Shown: piece by piece, positions 48,307 through 60,592 of the stretch
Numbering within the stretch: position 1 is the stretch's first letter
Layout: every line of letters starts with the position of its first letter
DNA from: Mobula hypostoma
Lineage: Eukaryota
Assembly: GCF_963921235.1 (NCBI RefSeq)
Contig: NC_086112.1
Location: forward strand, 53,816,001-53,880,000
DNA: 64,000 bases
Reading direction: 5' to 3'
The notes under the pieces: model-generated
Seen by the model: only the letters and a program-made list of their open reading frames with translations
The model's database searches: none
What the model was told of the DNA's origin: nothing
Position numbers and translations under genes: made by a program

Positions 48307-51300
48307 TGTTATGTTTTGTAACTCCAAAACATAAAATTGGAAAAAAAACATAGAGCCAGTGAACAACTTGTGTAACATAGAAACATAGAAAATAGGTGCA
48401 GGAGTAGGCCATTTGGCCCTTCGAGCCTGCACCGCCATTTATTATGATCATGGCTGATCATCCAACTCAGAACCCCGCCCCAGCCTTCCCTCCATACCCC
48501 CTGATCCCCGTAGCCACAAGGGCCATATCTAACTCCCTCTTAAATATAGCCAATGAACTGGCCTCAACTGTTTCCTGTGGCAGAGAATTCCACAGATTCA
48601 CCACTCTCTGTGTGAAGAAGTTTTTCCTAATCTCAGTCCTAAAAGGCTTCCCCTTTATCCTCAAACTGTGACCCCTCGTTCTGGACTTCCCCAACATCAG
48701 GAACAATCTTCCTGCATCTAGCCTGTCCAATCCCTTTAGGATTTTATACGTTTCAATCAGATCCCCCCTCAATCTTCTAAATTCCAACGAGTACAAGCCC
48801 AATTCATCCAGTCTTTCTTCATATGAAAGACCTCCCATCCCAGGAATCAATCTGGTGAACCTTCTTTGTACTCCCTCTATGGCAAGGATGTCTTTCCTCA
48901 GATTAGGGGACCAAAATTGCACACAATACTCCAGGTGTGGTCTCACCAAGGCCTTGTACAACTGCAGTAGTACCTCCCTGCTCCTGTACTCGAATCCTCT
49001 CGCTATAAGTGCCAGCATACCATTCGCCTTTTTCACCGCCTGCTGTACCTGCATGCCCACTTTCAATGACTGGTGTATAATGACACCCAGGTCTCGTTGC
49101 ACCTCCCCTTTTCCTAATCGGCCACCATTCAGATAATAATCTGTTTTCCTATTTTTGCCACCAAAGAGGATAACTTATCCACATTAAATTGCATCTGCCA
49201 TGAATTTGCCCACTCACCCAACCTATCCAAGTCACTTTGCATCCTCTTAGCATCCTCCTCACAGCTAACACTGCCACCCAGCTTCATGTCATCCGCAAAC
49301 TTGGAGATGCTGCATTTAATTCCCTCATCCAAGTCATTAATATATATTGTAAACAACTGGGGTCCCAGCACTGAGCCTTGTGGTACCCCACTAGTCACCG
49401 CCTGCCATTCTGAAAAGGTCCCGTTTATTCCCACTCTTTGCTTCCTGTCTGCTAACCAATTCTCCATCCACATCAATACCTTACCCCCAATACCTGGTGC
49501 TTTAAGTTTGCACACTAATCTCCTGTGTGGGACCTTGTCAAAAGCCTTTTGAAAATCCAAATATACCACATCCACTGGTTCTCCCCTATCCACTCTACTG
49601 GTTACAGCCTCAAAAAATTCTATGAGATTCGTCAGACATGATTTCTTAAGCACTCTAAGATGCAGACCATCTGGCCCTGGGTATTTATCTGCCTTCAATC
49701 CCTTCAATTTACCTAACACCACTTCCCTACTAACAAGTATTTCGCTCAGTTCCTCCATCTCACTGGACCCTCTGTCCCCTACTATTTCTGGAAGATTATT
49801 TATGTCCTCCTTAGTGAAGACAGAACCAAAGTAATTATTCAATTGGTCTGCCATGTCCTTGCTCCCCATAATCAATTCACCTGTTTCTGTCTGTAGGGGA
49901 CCTACATTTGTCTTTACCAGTTTTTTCCTTTTTACATATCTATAAAAGCTTTTACAGTCAGTTTTTATGTTCCCTGCCAGTTTTCTCTCATAATCTTTTT
50001 TCCCCTTCCTAATTAAGCCCTTTGTCCTCCTCTGCTGAACTCTGAATTTCTCCCAGTCCTCAGGTGAGCCACTTTCTCTGGCTAATTTGTATGCTTCTTC
50101 TTTGGAATTGATACTATCCCTAATTTCTCTTGTCAACCACGGGTGCACTACCTTCCTTGATTTATTCTTTTGCCAAACTGGAATGAACAATTGTTGTAGT
50201 TCATCCATGCAACCTTTAAATGCTTGCCATTGCATATCCACCGTCAATCCTTTAAGTGTCACTTGCCAGTCTATCTTAGCTAATTCACGTCTCATACCTT
50301 CAAAGTTACCCCTCTTTAAGTTCAGAACCTTTGTTTCTGAATTAACTATGTCACTCGCCATCTTAATGAAGAATTCCACCATAATATGGTCACTCTTACC
50401 CAAGGGGCCTCTCATGACAAGATTGCTAATTAACCCTTCCTCATTGCTCAAAACCCAGTCCAGAATAGCCTGCTCTTTAGTTGGTTCCTCGACATGTTGG
50501 TTCAAAAAACCATCCCGCATACATTCCAAGAAATCCTCTTCCTCAGCACCTTTACCAATTTGGTTCACCCAGTCTACATGTAGATTGAAGTCACCCATTA
50601 TAACTGCTGTTCCTTTATTGCACACATCTCTAATTTCCTGTTTAATACCATCTCCGACCTCACTACCACTGTTAGGTGGCCTGTACACAACTCCCACCAG
50701 CGTCTTCTGCCCCTTAGTGTTACGCAGCTCTACCCATATCGATTCCACATCTTCCCGGCTTATGTCCTTCCTTTCTATTGCGTTAATCTCTTCTTTAACC
50801 AGCAACGCCACCCCAGCTCCCCTTCCTTCATGTCTATCCCTCCTGAATATTGAATATCCCTGAACGTTGAGCTCCCATCCTTGGTCACCCTGAAGCCATG
50901 TCTCTGTGATCCCAACTATATCATAATCATTAATAACAATCTGCACTTTCAATTCATCCACCTTATTACGAATGCTCCTTGCATTGACACACAAAGCCTT
51001 CAGGTGCTCTTTTACAACTCTCTTAGCCCTTATACAATTATGTTGAAAAGTGGCCCTTTTTAATGCTTGCCCTGGATTTGTCGGCCTGCCACTTTTACTT
51101 TTCTCCTTAGTACTTTTTGTTTCTACCCTCACTTTACACCCCTCTGTCTCTCTGCACTGGTTCCCATCCCCCTGTTGTGAACTAACCTCCTCACGCCTAG
51201 CCTCTTTAATTTGATTCCCACCCCCCAACCATTCTAGTTTAAAGTCACCTCAGTAGCTCAGTAGTGTACATTTAGTTTTTACTTTAGTGAGGCGTGCACA

Positions 51301-51434
51301 TATGGTAAGGTGGCATAATGACATATGCCATTCACGTACTTTTACATATAAACCATAATGAATCATATAAACAACAAAGATTGCTGAATCAAAAAATATA
51401 TTTACAATATCACAGAAATATTAAGTACACAACA
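48307..51434. mobile_element. Short solo LTR (~235 bp) split by a CR1 insertion (48307-48374 and 51269-51434)
   Basis: TGTT...AACA termini, with flanks gaaga/gaaca as an imperfect 5-bp TSD. Confidence 0.55.
48375..51263 (-). mobile_element. Young CR1, truncated just upstream of the ORF1 stop; ORF2 has an in-frame deletion
   Basis: 699-aa APE+RT frame and a 211-aa C-terminal frame. (acatagaa)n tail; gtgta TSD (48370-48374, 51264-51268). Confidence 0.93.
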
Positions 51435-51539
51435 GAACAGTTTTCCTGTTGGTCCTAAGGTTTTGCGTGGAGAAGGGAAGGATTGATAATACTGGAGTCA
51501 CATCAGGTTTAGTGGATAGTAAGAGAGTAAATCATAATT

Positions 51540-51668
51540 AAAAGATTCTGCTGATGCTGGAAATCCAGAGCACCATACACAAAATGCTGGAAGAACAAGC
51601 AGATCGGGCAGTATCTATGGAAATGAATAAACAGTTGACGTTTTGGGCCTTGACCATTCATCAGGACA
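51540..51668 (-). mobile_element. Penelope-like pLTR fragment with a mutated hammerhead
   Basis: Minus strand reads GUC-CUGAUGA-AUGGUCAAGGCCC-AAAAC-GUC-AACUG. The G of GAAA is changed to A. Confidence 0.7.
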
Positions 51669-52069
51669 ATTCTCAATTGTTAACATCATTAATATTTTTA
51701 TTTCTGGATTGCAACTAAGTCTGAACACAATGCTGGTGACATTTTACTTATTTTAGTCCTACAGAGAAATGTTATCACTAGTTGGAGAAGATCTGCTACT
51801 TCTTCCACATCTACCTTTGTACCTTGAGCCAGGCCAATGCCACAAAGAAACATTCAAACAATTTGGCCCCATCTCTACAAATGGTGGTACGAAGGAGAAA
51901 AAGTACTTTTGAAGAAGCATAATGAATTTAAACTATTTTTGGAATGGAAAATAAAATGAGAAAAAGCAGAGCAAGCTCTGTAATGAAAGGTTAATAGAGA
52001 AAAATGCAAAACTGCTGCAATTCCAGGCACTAGTTCCTTCTTTTATCAGTCCCACTGATCAGGGATAAA

Positions 52070-53710
52070 AGAGAAACATGTCTGGAGTCGGAGGAGATAG
52101 GGAAGTCCTTAATGAATAATTTGCTTCAGTATTCACCACGGAGATGGAATTTGATGAATGCGAGGTCAGCATAAACAGGTTGATATGCTTGAACTTGTCT
52201 GTGTTAAGAAAGAGGTTGTGCTGGAACTTACGAAAAACATTAGGATAGATAAGTCTCTGGGGCCAGAAGGGATATACCCCAGGTTATTACAGGAAGTGAA
52301 GGAAGTGGGTGCTGTAACTTTGATTCAAGATTCATTTATTATCAAAGAATGTATAAATTATACAACATTGAGATTTGCTTGCTCACAGGTAGTCACAATG
52401 CAAGAAACACAAAAGAACCCAATTAAAGAAAAAAAAGAATAGAACCAACACTTGATGCATAAGAGAGAGAAAAAAATCGTACAAACAATTGAAGTGAACA
52501 ACAGCATTCTAACCCAAAACTGAGTCCTCAGATCTGAACCCCGGAGCAGTCTGAAGTCGGCCCAAAGTGTCACCCATCCGTTCATCGCATTAGTGGGCAC
52601 GGAGGTCTTTGCTCTTCACTGGATACAGAAGTAGTACCAGAGGATTGGAGAGTAACAAATGTTATTCCTTTGTTCAAGAAAGGTAATAGGGATATCCATG
52701 GGAATTACAGACCAGTGAAACATACATCAGTGATCGGCAAACTAATGGACAGGATTCTTAAAGACAGGATTTACAAACATTTGGAGAAGCATAGTTTGAT
52801 TAGATATAGTCAACATGACTCTGTGAGGAGAAGGTTGTGCCTCATCCCAAAGAGGAAGAAGTATTCTAAAGGAAAGATGACACAACCGTAGCTAACAAGA
52901 GAAGTCAAAGTCAACATAAAAGCCAAAGAGAGGGCATATAATAGAACAAAACTTAGTGGAAAGTTAGAGGATTGGGAAGCTTTTAAAAACCAACAGAAGG
53001 CAACCAAAAATGGCATTAACAAGGTAAACATGGAATACAGAAGCAAGCTAGACAATAATATTAAAGGGGATACCAAAAGTTTTTTCAGATACATAAAGTG
53101 TGAAAGAGAGGGAAGAATGGGTATTGGACTGCTGGGAAATGATGCTGGAGAGATAGTAATGGGGAACAATGAAATAGCAGATGAACTGAATAAGTATTTT
53201 GCATCAGTCTTTACTGTGGAAGACACTGGCAGTAGGGTGGAAGCTCCAGGTGTCAGGGGGCATGAAGTGTGTGAAGGTACCCTAACTAGAGTGAAGGTTC
53301 TTGGGAAACTGAAAGGTCTGAAGCTAAATAAGTCACCTGGACCAAGATAGTGTACCTCTCAGGGTTCTGAAAGAGGTGACTGAAGTGATAATGGAGGCAT
53401 TAGTAATGATCTTTCAAGAATCGCTAGATTCTGGAATGGTTTCAGAAGACTGGGAAATTAAAAATGTCACCCCTCTCTTCAAGAAGGGAGATAGGCAGAA
53501 GAAAGGAAACTATAGGCCGAATAATCTGACCTCAGTGGTTGGGAAGATATTGGAGTTGATTATTAAGGATGAGGTCTCAGGGTACTTGGAAGCACATGAT
53601 AAAATAGGCCGTAGTCAGCATGGTTTCCTCAAGCACAAACCTTGCCTGACAAATCTGCTGGAATTCTTGAAAGAAGTAACAAGCAGGATAAACAAAGGAG
53701 AATCAGTTTT
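52070..53710 (+). mobile_element. Composite of two CR1 ORF2 fragments (52070-52845, 52845-53710) with a SINE/LINE-tail insert at ~52320-52610
   Basis: DKSLGPEGIYPR, FKKG..GNYRP, LNKYFASVFT and CLTNLLEF motifs. Confidence 0.75.
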
Positions 53711-56221
53711 TAAAATCCACAATACCAGTTAAATTCAAGGGAAATACCAGTAACTATATGCCGATGAAACAGCATATAATTGACAATATGCTGGAGGAAT
53801 TTTTGTGTGTCAAGCAGCATCTGTGGGGGTAAAGGACTCAGGGTTTCAACCCAAAATGTCAACAATTCCTTTTCCCCCCTTCAGATGCTGCTTTAACTGC
53901 TGAGTTCCTCTAGCAGATTGTTATTTGGTCCAGTCTCCACTGTCTTCCGTGTCTCTGAGGAAATCAGGTCTACTGAGAGGATATCTATAAGAAACAGTCC
54001 AGAGGTCTGTGGCACAGCATTGTGTTTGTACAGCTTGCATTCAAGTCAGTTTTATACCATCATTGTAACAACTGTAATTCTGCTGTAAACTCTACAACTG
54101 AAACATTACTTCATTATCTTAATCTAATTAATCAAATATAAGGTAATTGATGAATAATACTGCATTGTTACCAGAATGTCAAATCTCATTTCTTTACAAT
54201 TAATTTATTTCTCAAACCTTTTTTTAACTATTCTTTTCAAAAATGTGTCAGCCTATGTTCAATTTAAATGAAAAACATCTCTCAGGAAAAATTCCCTGAA
54301 GGCGGTATTATTCCTTTTGTTCTGAGTCCTGAATCAGTCCTATTTGTGTCAGTGATAGTTAAAATGGGGCTTGCAATGGTTCATGCCACATCACTAGCGA
54401 ATGACCAGTGGCCTCATAAGTTTTACGCAAGAGGAGCATCACCCTAGAGAGACAGGGTCTCATTACATTTGAAAGTCATGACAAAATAATATTGAGCTGC
54501 TGTGCTGCTATCTCAAGGAAATGCCTACAAAACTATTAATTTGTCAGAAATCTGAAGGTAGGCTGCAATTATACTGCTCGTAATATGCACCAAATGTTTT
54601 CTACTTTACAATCTGTGTCATATGGTTACCTTATTACAACTATAAAACTTCCTGTCAGGTGGAAAATCACATTTTACAGTTTATGTGATGATGTAACTTC
54701 TCCACTTTGTCAGATCATGTGATAAAATTTCCCTTAAATAATCAAACTCTCATTTCTAAATAAAGAAAAATAATTATATTGTACTGTATCATACCCCTCC
54801 CTATCTGGATCAGATGAAATAGCTGTGCCTGATATTGTGTCCTCATTGAAAGAGATAGCTTTAGACCACAGAGAACATTTTACAAAGAAACTTGCTAGGA
54901 TCCTGTTCTACACCACTTGATAATTTTCAGGCTGACTTACAACAACTGAGAAATACTGGCCAGAACTCAAGTTTGCATTTGTCACGTTTGCTGGGAAACA
55001 AATTGCCATTTAGTTCTGAAATTATGATGAGTTTCCTAATTTTAATCTTAATTAAGAAAAGTGGTTGATATTTCTGATTAATTTCAGGAATGATGTAAAT
55101 TTTAAACCTCGGGAGTAATTCTTACTGATATCATAAATAAGATATAATGCAATATGGAGAAAAAACTGTATGTATATATGAGATGAGACCAAACAAAAAG
55201 GAGAACATTTAAACTGGAGGGATTGGAGTGAAAATAAGTTACTTTTATTTCAAAAAAAATCAAAGGATCATGTATTTTGAATTAAAAACAATCCACTTAT
55301 ACTATTAAACCAATAGACCATAAGCACAACTTGACATCAAAACTGTAAGCAAAGAGATAACAGTTAAAATAACAGTATTTAGTAGACATTCACATCACTG
55401 AGTCAGAACACATCTGATCTCCTCATGGACTCATCAGAGATAAGTTTGTCTTGGCAACTGTGGAGAGCTATATGTCACTCAAACATATTTTCCTTGTCAT
55501 CTCATTTCCCTTCCATGATTTGCTTGATAGAGCATTGTATGTTCAGGTCCCTGGAGATAGAGGACTGTAGGCCTACCATTTCCCATCTTGATTCTGGGAG
55601 GGTGACTGCTGAGTGAAAGTCAATTTAAGGCTAAAATGGTACTGGCCTGATGCTGAGGATTCTGTAAGGAAAACAGCCTGTTCTAAATCTAATCCCGGCA
55701 GACCTTCGGATAATATTTCAGTGTTTGTGAGACAAATGCCCCCTCTGTTTATTTAAGGCCTGAATGAGTGGGCATGAGAATGCATGAACTGAAAATGGCT
55801 TCTGTCTGTCAAGCAGAAAATGCAAGAAAGGGAAAGAAGGGAACAATTGGATGAAGGGGCACATTAGAAAGGGATTTAAGATTGACATGCCTGTTGAGTG
55901 GGAGATAATCGGAGCCATGGATGATGGTGATAGTTGGGAGTTGGCATTTAGGATTTAATAGAATTGCAGGGCAGAGGACGTGTGAGTGATCACAAGGAAT
56001 TTAAAAGGGTTAGTTTCTGGACCTGGAGGAACCATTTCCATTTCACTTCACCCACTATCAATGATATCAATACACTATCTTTTGACTAACTGCAGTATTT
56101 CTTGAGCTCAATCAAATATGTTTTAAGCATATCAAAAATAAAAAGTCTGCTAAAAAGAAGCTTTCTTCACAGATTGTAAAGGATTTTAATCTGAAACATG
56201 CTACATACAGTCTTATTAATC

Positions 56222-56497
56222 TTTATATTTTTATTTTATTTTGAAATACAGTGCGCTGACCAGCAACCCACCGATTTAACCCTAGCCTAATCACGGGACA
56301 ATTTACAATTTACCAGTTAACCTACTAACTGGCACGGCTGGACTGTGGGAGGAAAGGGGAGCACCTGGAGGGAACCCACATGCACACGGGAAGGAACGCG
56401 CAAACTTGCTTATGGAGGACACCGGAAAAGAGCCCCGAACTCTGACGCCATAAGCTGTAACAGCGCCACGCTAACTGTTACACGACCATGGCACCCC
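56222..56497 (-). mobile_element. tRNA-derived V-SINE
   Basis: tRNA-like head at the right end, V-domain gactgtgggaggaaa..ggagcacctggagggaacccac, and an A-rich tail on the minus strand. Confidence 0.7.
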
Positions 56498-56599
56498 AAT
56501 TTGCCTTCAAAATCAGAGGACTTGGCTTAATCACGGCTGAACTGAAGCTGAAAGCATTCAGCATGTTTGTTTCTCTTTGCTGTTCTTGCTGGAGAGCCC

Positions 56600-56950
56600 A
56601 GGATCATTGAAACCTATCAAATATTGAAAGACCTAGGCAGAGTGGATGTGGAAATGGCATTTCAAATAGTGGGAGAGTCTAGGACCACAGGGCAGAAGCT
56701 CGGAATAGAAGGGTGTCCTTTAGAACAGAGATGAGGAGGAATTTCTTTAGCTAGAGGGTGGTGAATCTGTGGAATTCATTGCCACAGACAGCTGTGGAGG
56801 CCAAGTCATTGGGTACATAGTATTTATATTTAAAATAGAGTTTGATAGATTCTTAAATAGTAAGGGCATCAAAGGTTATGGCAGGAAGGCAAGAGAACTG
56901 GGATGAAAGTGAAAATAAATCAGCCATGTGATTGATTGGTGGAGCAAACT
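56600..56950 (+). mobile_element. CR1 3' end
   Basis: RVVNLWNSLPQTAVEA region followed by a 3'UTR. Confidence 0.75.
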
Positions 56951-57087
56951 TAAAGTTGAAAGCAAATTTATTACCAAAGACAAAAAGGAATAAAAAGAAT
57001 AATAATGATAAATAAATAAATACGCAATACATATCGAGAGTATGAGATGAAGAGTCCGTGATAGTGAGTTTACAGCGTGTGGGAACA

Positions 57088-58382
57088 GTTCAGAATCAGA
57101 ACCAGGTTTATTATCACCGACATGTGTCATGAAATTTGTTAACTTAGCAGCAGCAGTACAGTGCAATACATGATAATATAGAAAGAAAAAAGTAAGTAAA
57201 TCAATTACAGTAGGAATATCTATGTGTATTGATTAGATTAAAAATAGTGTAAAAACAGAAATGACATTTTTTTTTAAAAGTGGGTTCAATGTCCACTTAG
57301 GAATTGTATGGCAGAGGGGAAGAACCGTTCCTGAGTTGCTGAGTGTGTGTGTGCTCAGGCTTCTATACATCCTTCCTGGCAGTAACAATGAGAAGAGGGC
57401 ATGCCCTGGGTGATGGGGGTCTTTAACAATGGGCGTCGCCTTTCTGAGGCACTGCATATTGAAGATGTCTTGGATACTACAGAAGCTAGTACCCAAGATG
57501 GAGCTGACTGATTTTACAACATCCTGAAGCTTCTTTCAGTCCTTTGCGGTAGATCCAACCCTCCCCTCCCCTCCATACCAGACCATGATGCAGTCTGTCA
57601 GAATGCTCTCCACAGTACATCTATAGAAATTTTCAACTGTTTTAGTTGACAAACCAAATCTCTTCAAACTCCTAATGAAATATAGTCGCTGTCTTGCCTT
57701 CTTTATAGCTGCATCGGTATGTTGGGACCAGGTTAGAATCTCAGAGATCTTAACATCCAGGAAGTTAATTGCTCACTGTTTCTACTTCTGATCCCTCTGA
57801 CAATTGGAGTCTGTTCTCTCATCTTACCCTTCCTGAATTCCACAATCAGCTCTTTCATCTTACTGACATTGAGTGCAAGGTTGTGGTTGCGACACCACTC
57901 AACTAGCTGGTATATCTTGCTCCTGCACGCCCTTCATCTTCGCCTGAGATTCTACCAACAATGGTTGCATTAACAGCAAATTGATAGATGGTATTTGAGC
58001 TATACCTAGCCACAAAATAATAGGTATAGAAGGAGTAGAGCAGTGGACTAAGCACACACCCCTGAGGAGCGCCAGTGTTGATCATCAGCAAGGAGATATT
58101 ATGACCAATCTGCGCAGATTGCGGTCTTCTGGTTAGCAAGTCGAGGATCCAATTGCAGAAGGAGGTACAGAGGCCCAGGTTCTGTAGCTTATTGATCAGG
58201 ATAGTGGGAATAATGGTGTTAAATGCCTAGCAATGTTCAACAAACAGCATCCTGACTTAGGTGTTTTGTTTTGTCCAGGTGATCTAAGGCCGTGTGAACA
58301 GCCATTGAGATTGCATCTGCCGTTGACCTGTTGCGGCAATAGGCAAATTGCAGTGGGTCCAGATTCTTGCTGAGGCAGTTCA
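57088..58382 (-). mobile_element. Rex1/Babar-type LINE, 5'-truncated
   Basis: [15 protein letters not shown] and [12 protein letters not shown] motifs; cagaatcag tail. Same family as 7683-9095. Confidence 0.85.
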
Positions 58383-58399
58383 GTGATGGGGTGAATGAA

Positions 58400-60480
58400 G
58401 ATGAGTAAAGTTCAAAATCCTGATGGTTGCGGGGTAATAGCTCTTCCTGTGGTGTGGGACCTGAGGCTCCTGTATCTCCTTCCACTGGCACCAGTGAGAA
58501 GACTACATGGCCTGGATGGTGGGGGTCCTTGATGATGGATGCTGCTTTCCTGTGACAATGCTCCATGTAGATGTGCTCAGTGCTGAGGAGGGCTTTACTG
58601 ATGATGGACTGGGCTGTATTCACTACTTTTATAGGCTTTTTCATTCAAGGGAAATGGTATTTCCACATCAGGCTGTGATATAACCAGCCAATATACTCTC
58701 CACTACACACCTATAGAAGTTTTAGGTGACATACTGAATCTTTGCAAACTTCTAAGAAAGTATAGGCACTGGCTTTCTTTGTAATGGCACTTCTGTGGTG
58801 AGCTCAGGAGAAAGCCTATGAAATTAGAAACGCCAAGGAATTTAAAGTTGCTGCCCCTCTTTATTCCTTATCTCTCTGAGAACTGGCTCCAGTTTCCTCC
58901 TCTAGAAGTCAATAACCAGCTCTTGATCTTGCTGACATTGAGTGAGAGTTTGTTGTCGTGGCACCGCTCAGCCAGGTTTTCAGTCTCTGTCCAATATGCT
59001 GATTTGTCTCCACCTTTGATTCAGCCAACGGCAGTGGCGCCATCAGTAAACGTATGGTGAACCTTTGCTGATGGAGATTGTGGAGGAGATGTTGTTGCCA
59101 ATGCAAACTGACGGGGGTCTTCAAATGAGGAAATCGAGGATCCAATTTTGCAAGCAGGTATTGAGGCCTAGGTCTGAAGCTTATTGATTAGTTTTGAGAG
59201 GATGATAGTATTGTATCCCAAACTGCAGACAATGAAGAGCATCCTGATGCATGCATCTTCATTGTTCAGACATTCCAGGATTGAGTGAAGAACCAATGAA
59301 ATGGCATCTGCTGTTGACCTGCTGTGATGTTCGGCAAATTGAAGTGGATCCAAAGTCACTTCTCATGTAGAAGTTTCATTATCAAGCTCTCAAAACACTT
59401 CATCACTATGAATGTAAGTGCTACTGGACGATTATCATTGATGCAGGTTGCCATGTTCTTAGGCATCAGTATAATTGAAACCACCTTGATTGCTGGAGCA
59501 AGAGGTTAAAGCTTTCGGTGAACACTCCAGCTAGGAGATCAACTGGTACTTGGCCAGGTATTCTGTCTGGGCCTGATGCTTTCCGTGAGCTCACCCTCTT
59601 AAAGGATGCTCTCTTGTTGGCCTCAGAGACTGAAATCATCTGGTCACTGGGGGCCATGGGAGTTTGTGAAGATGCCTCCGTGTTTTGATGGTCAACACAA
59701 GCATAAAAGGCATTGAGCTCACCTGAGAGTGAAACCTTGTTGTCACCTTTGATGCTTGGTTTCATTTTGTTGGATGTGATAGCATTCAATTCCTGCCACA
59801 GGTATTGAGCATCCTTCAGTGATTCAAGTTTAGTCTGGAATTGCCACTTCTCATGTAAGGTGACTTTCTGGAGACCGTAGCTGGACTATTTGCAGTCTAC
59901 TTGGTTGCCTGACCTGAATGCCACTGACCTGGCCCTTAGCAGATTGCAGATCTTGTGGTTCATACAGGGCTACTCTTTGGGGAAGACTGAATGATTTTGT
60001 GGGGACACACTCATTAACGACTGTTCTTACAAGGTCCATGACAACCATAGTGTTTTCATTCAGATCCTTGGAGTCCTTGAACATGGTCCAGTCCACTGAC
60101 TCAAAGCAATCGCTTAGCTGCTCCTCTGCTTTCTGTGACTACCTCTTCATTATCCATGTTTCTGGAGCCTTGAACGTTAGCCTCTGCCTATATGCAGGGA
60201 GGAGAAGGACAGCCAGATGTTCCGATTTTCTGAAAGGGGTCTATGCATGGAACGGTAGGCATTCCTAATCATAGTATAGCAGCGGTTGAGTGTGTTGGGA
60301 CCCCTGGTGCTGCTGGTTATACTGTATGTTGATGATAATTGAGAAGCGATTGTCTTCAAATAAGCCTTATTGAAGTCCCTGACAATGATTTGAAAGGCGT
60401 CGGGATAGGCTGTTTCTTGTTTGCTGATGGTGGTGCTCAGTACCTCAAATGACATATTAACATCAACCTTTGGCAGTCAG
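58400..60480 (-). mobile_element. Older Rex1/Babar-type LINE with endonuclease and RT remnants
   Basis: PDAFQIIVRDFN, TRGPNTL, KASGPD.IPG, DPLQFA and [10 protein letters not shown] motifs. Confidence 0.8.
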
Positions 60481-60592
60481 GCTCACGGATGAGAACTTCC
60501 TTCGCAAGACTCGATCAGCTGAATGGTCGAATACCTCTCCTATGTCTTTTAGCCTTATGGTCTTAAGTACTATTTCAGTTGGTGCTCCACAC

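Noticed and set aside
50087-50863. 258-aa antisense ORF in CR1 (also 61598-62374)
   Set aside because: Mirror of the ORF2 frame in two near-identical copies, so not independent evidence; Ser/Leu-rich with no domain.
56400-56497. tRNA gene
   Set aside because: Degenerate tRNA-derived SINE head fused to a V-domain; no complete cloverleaf.
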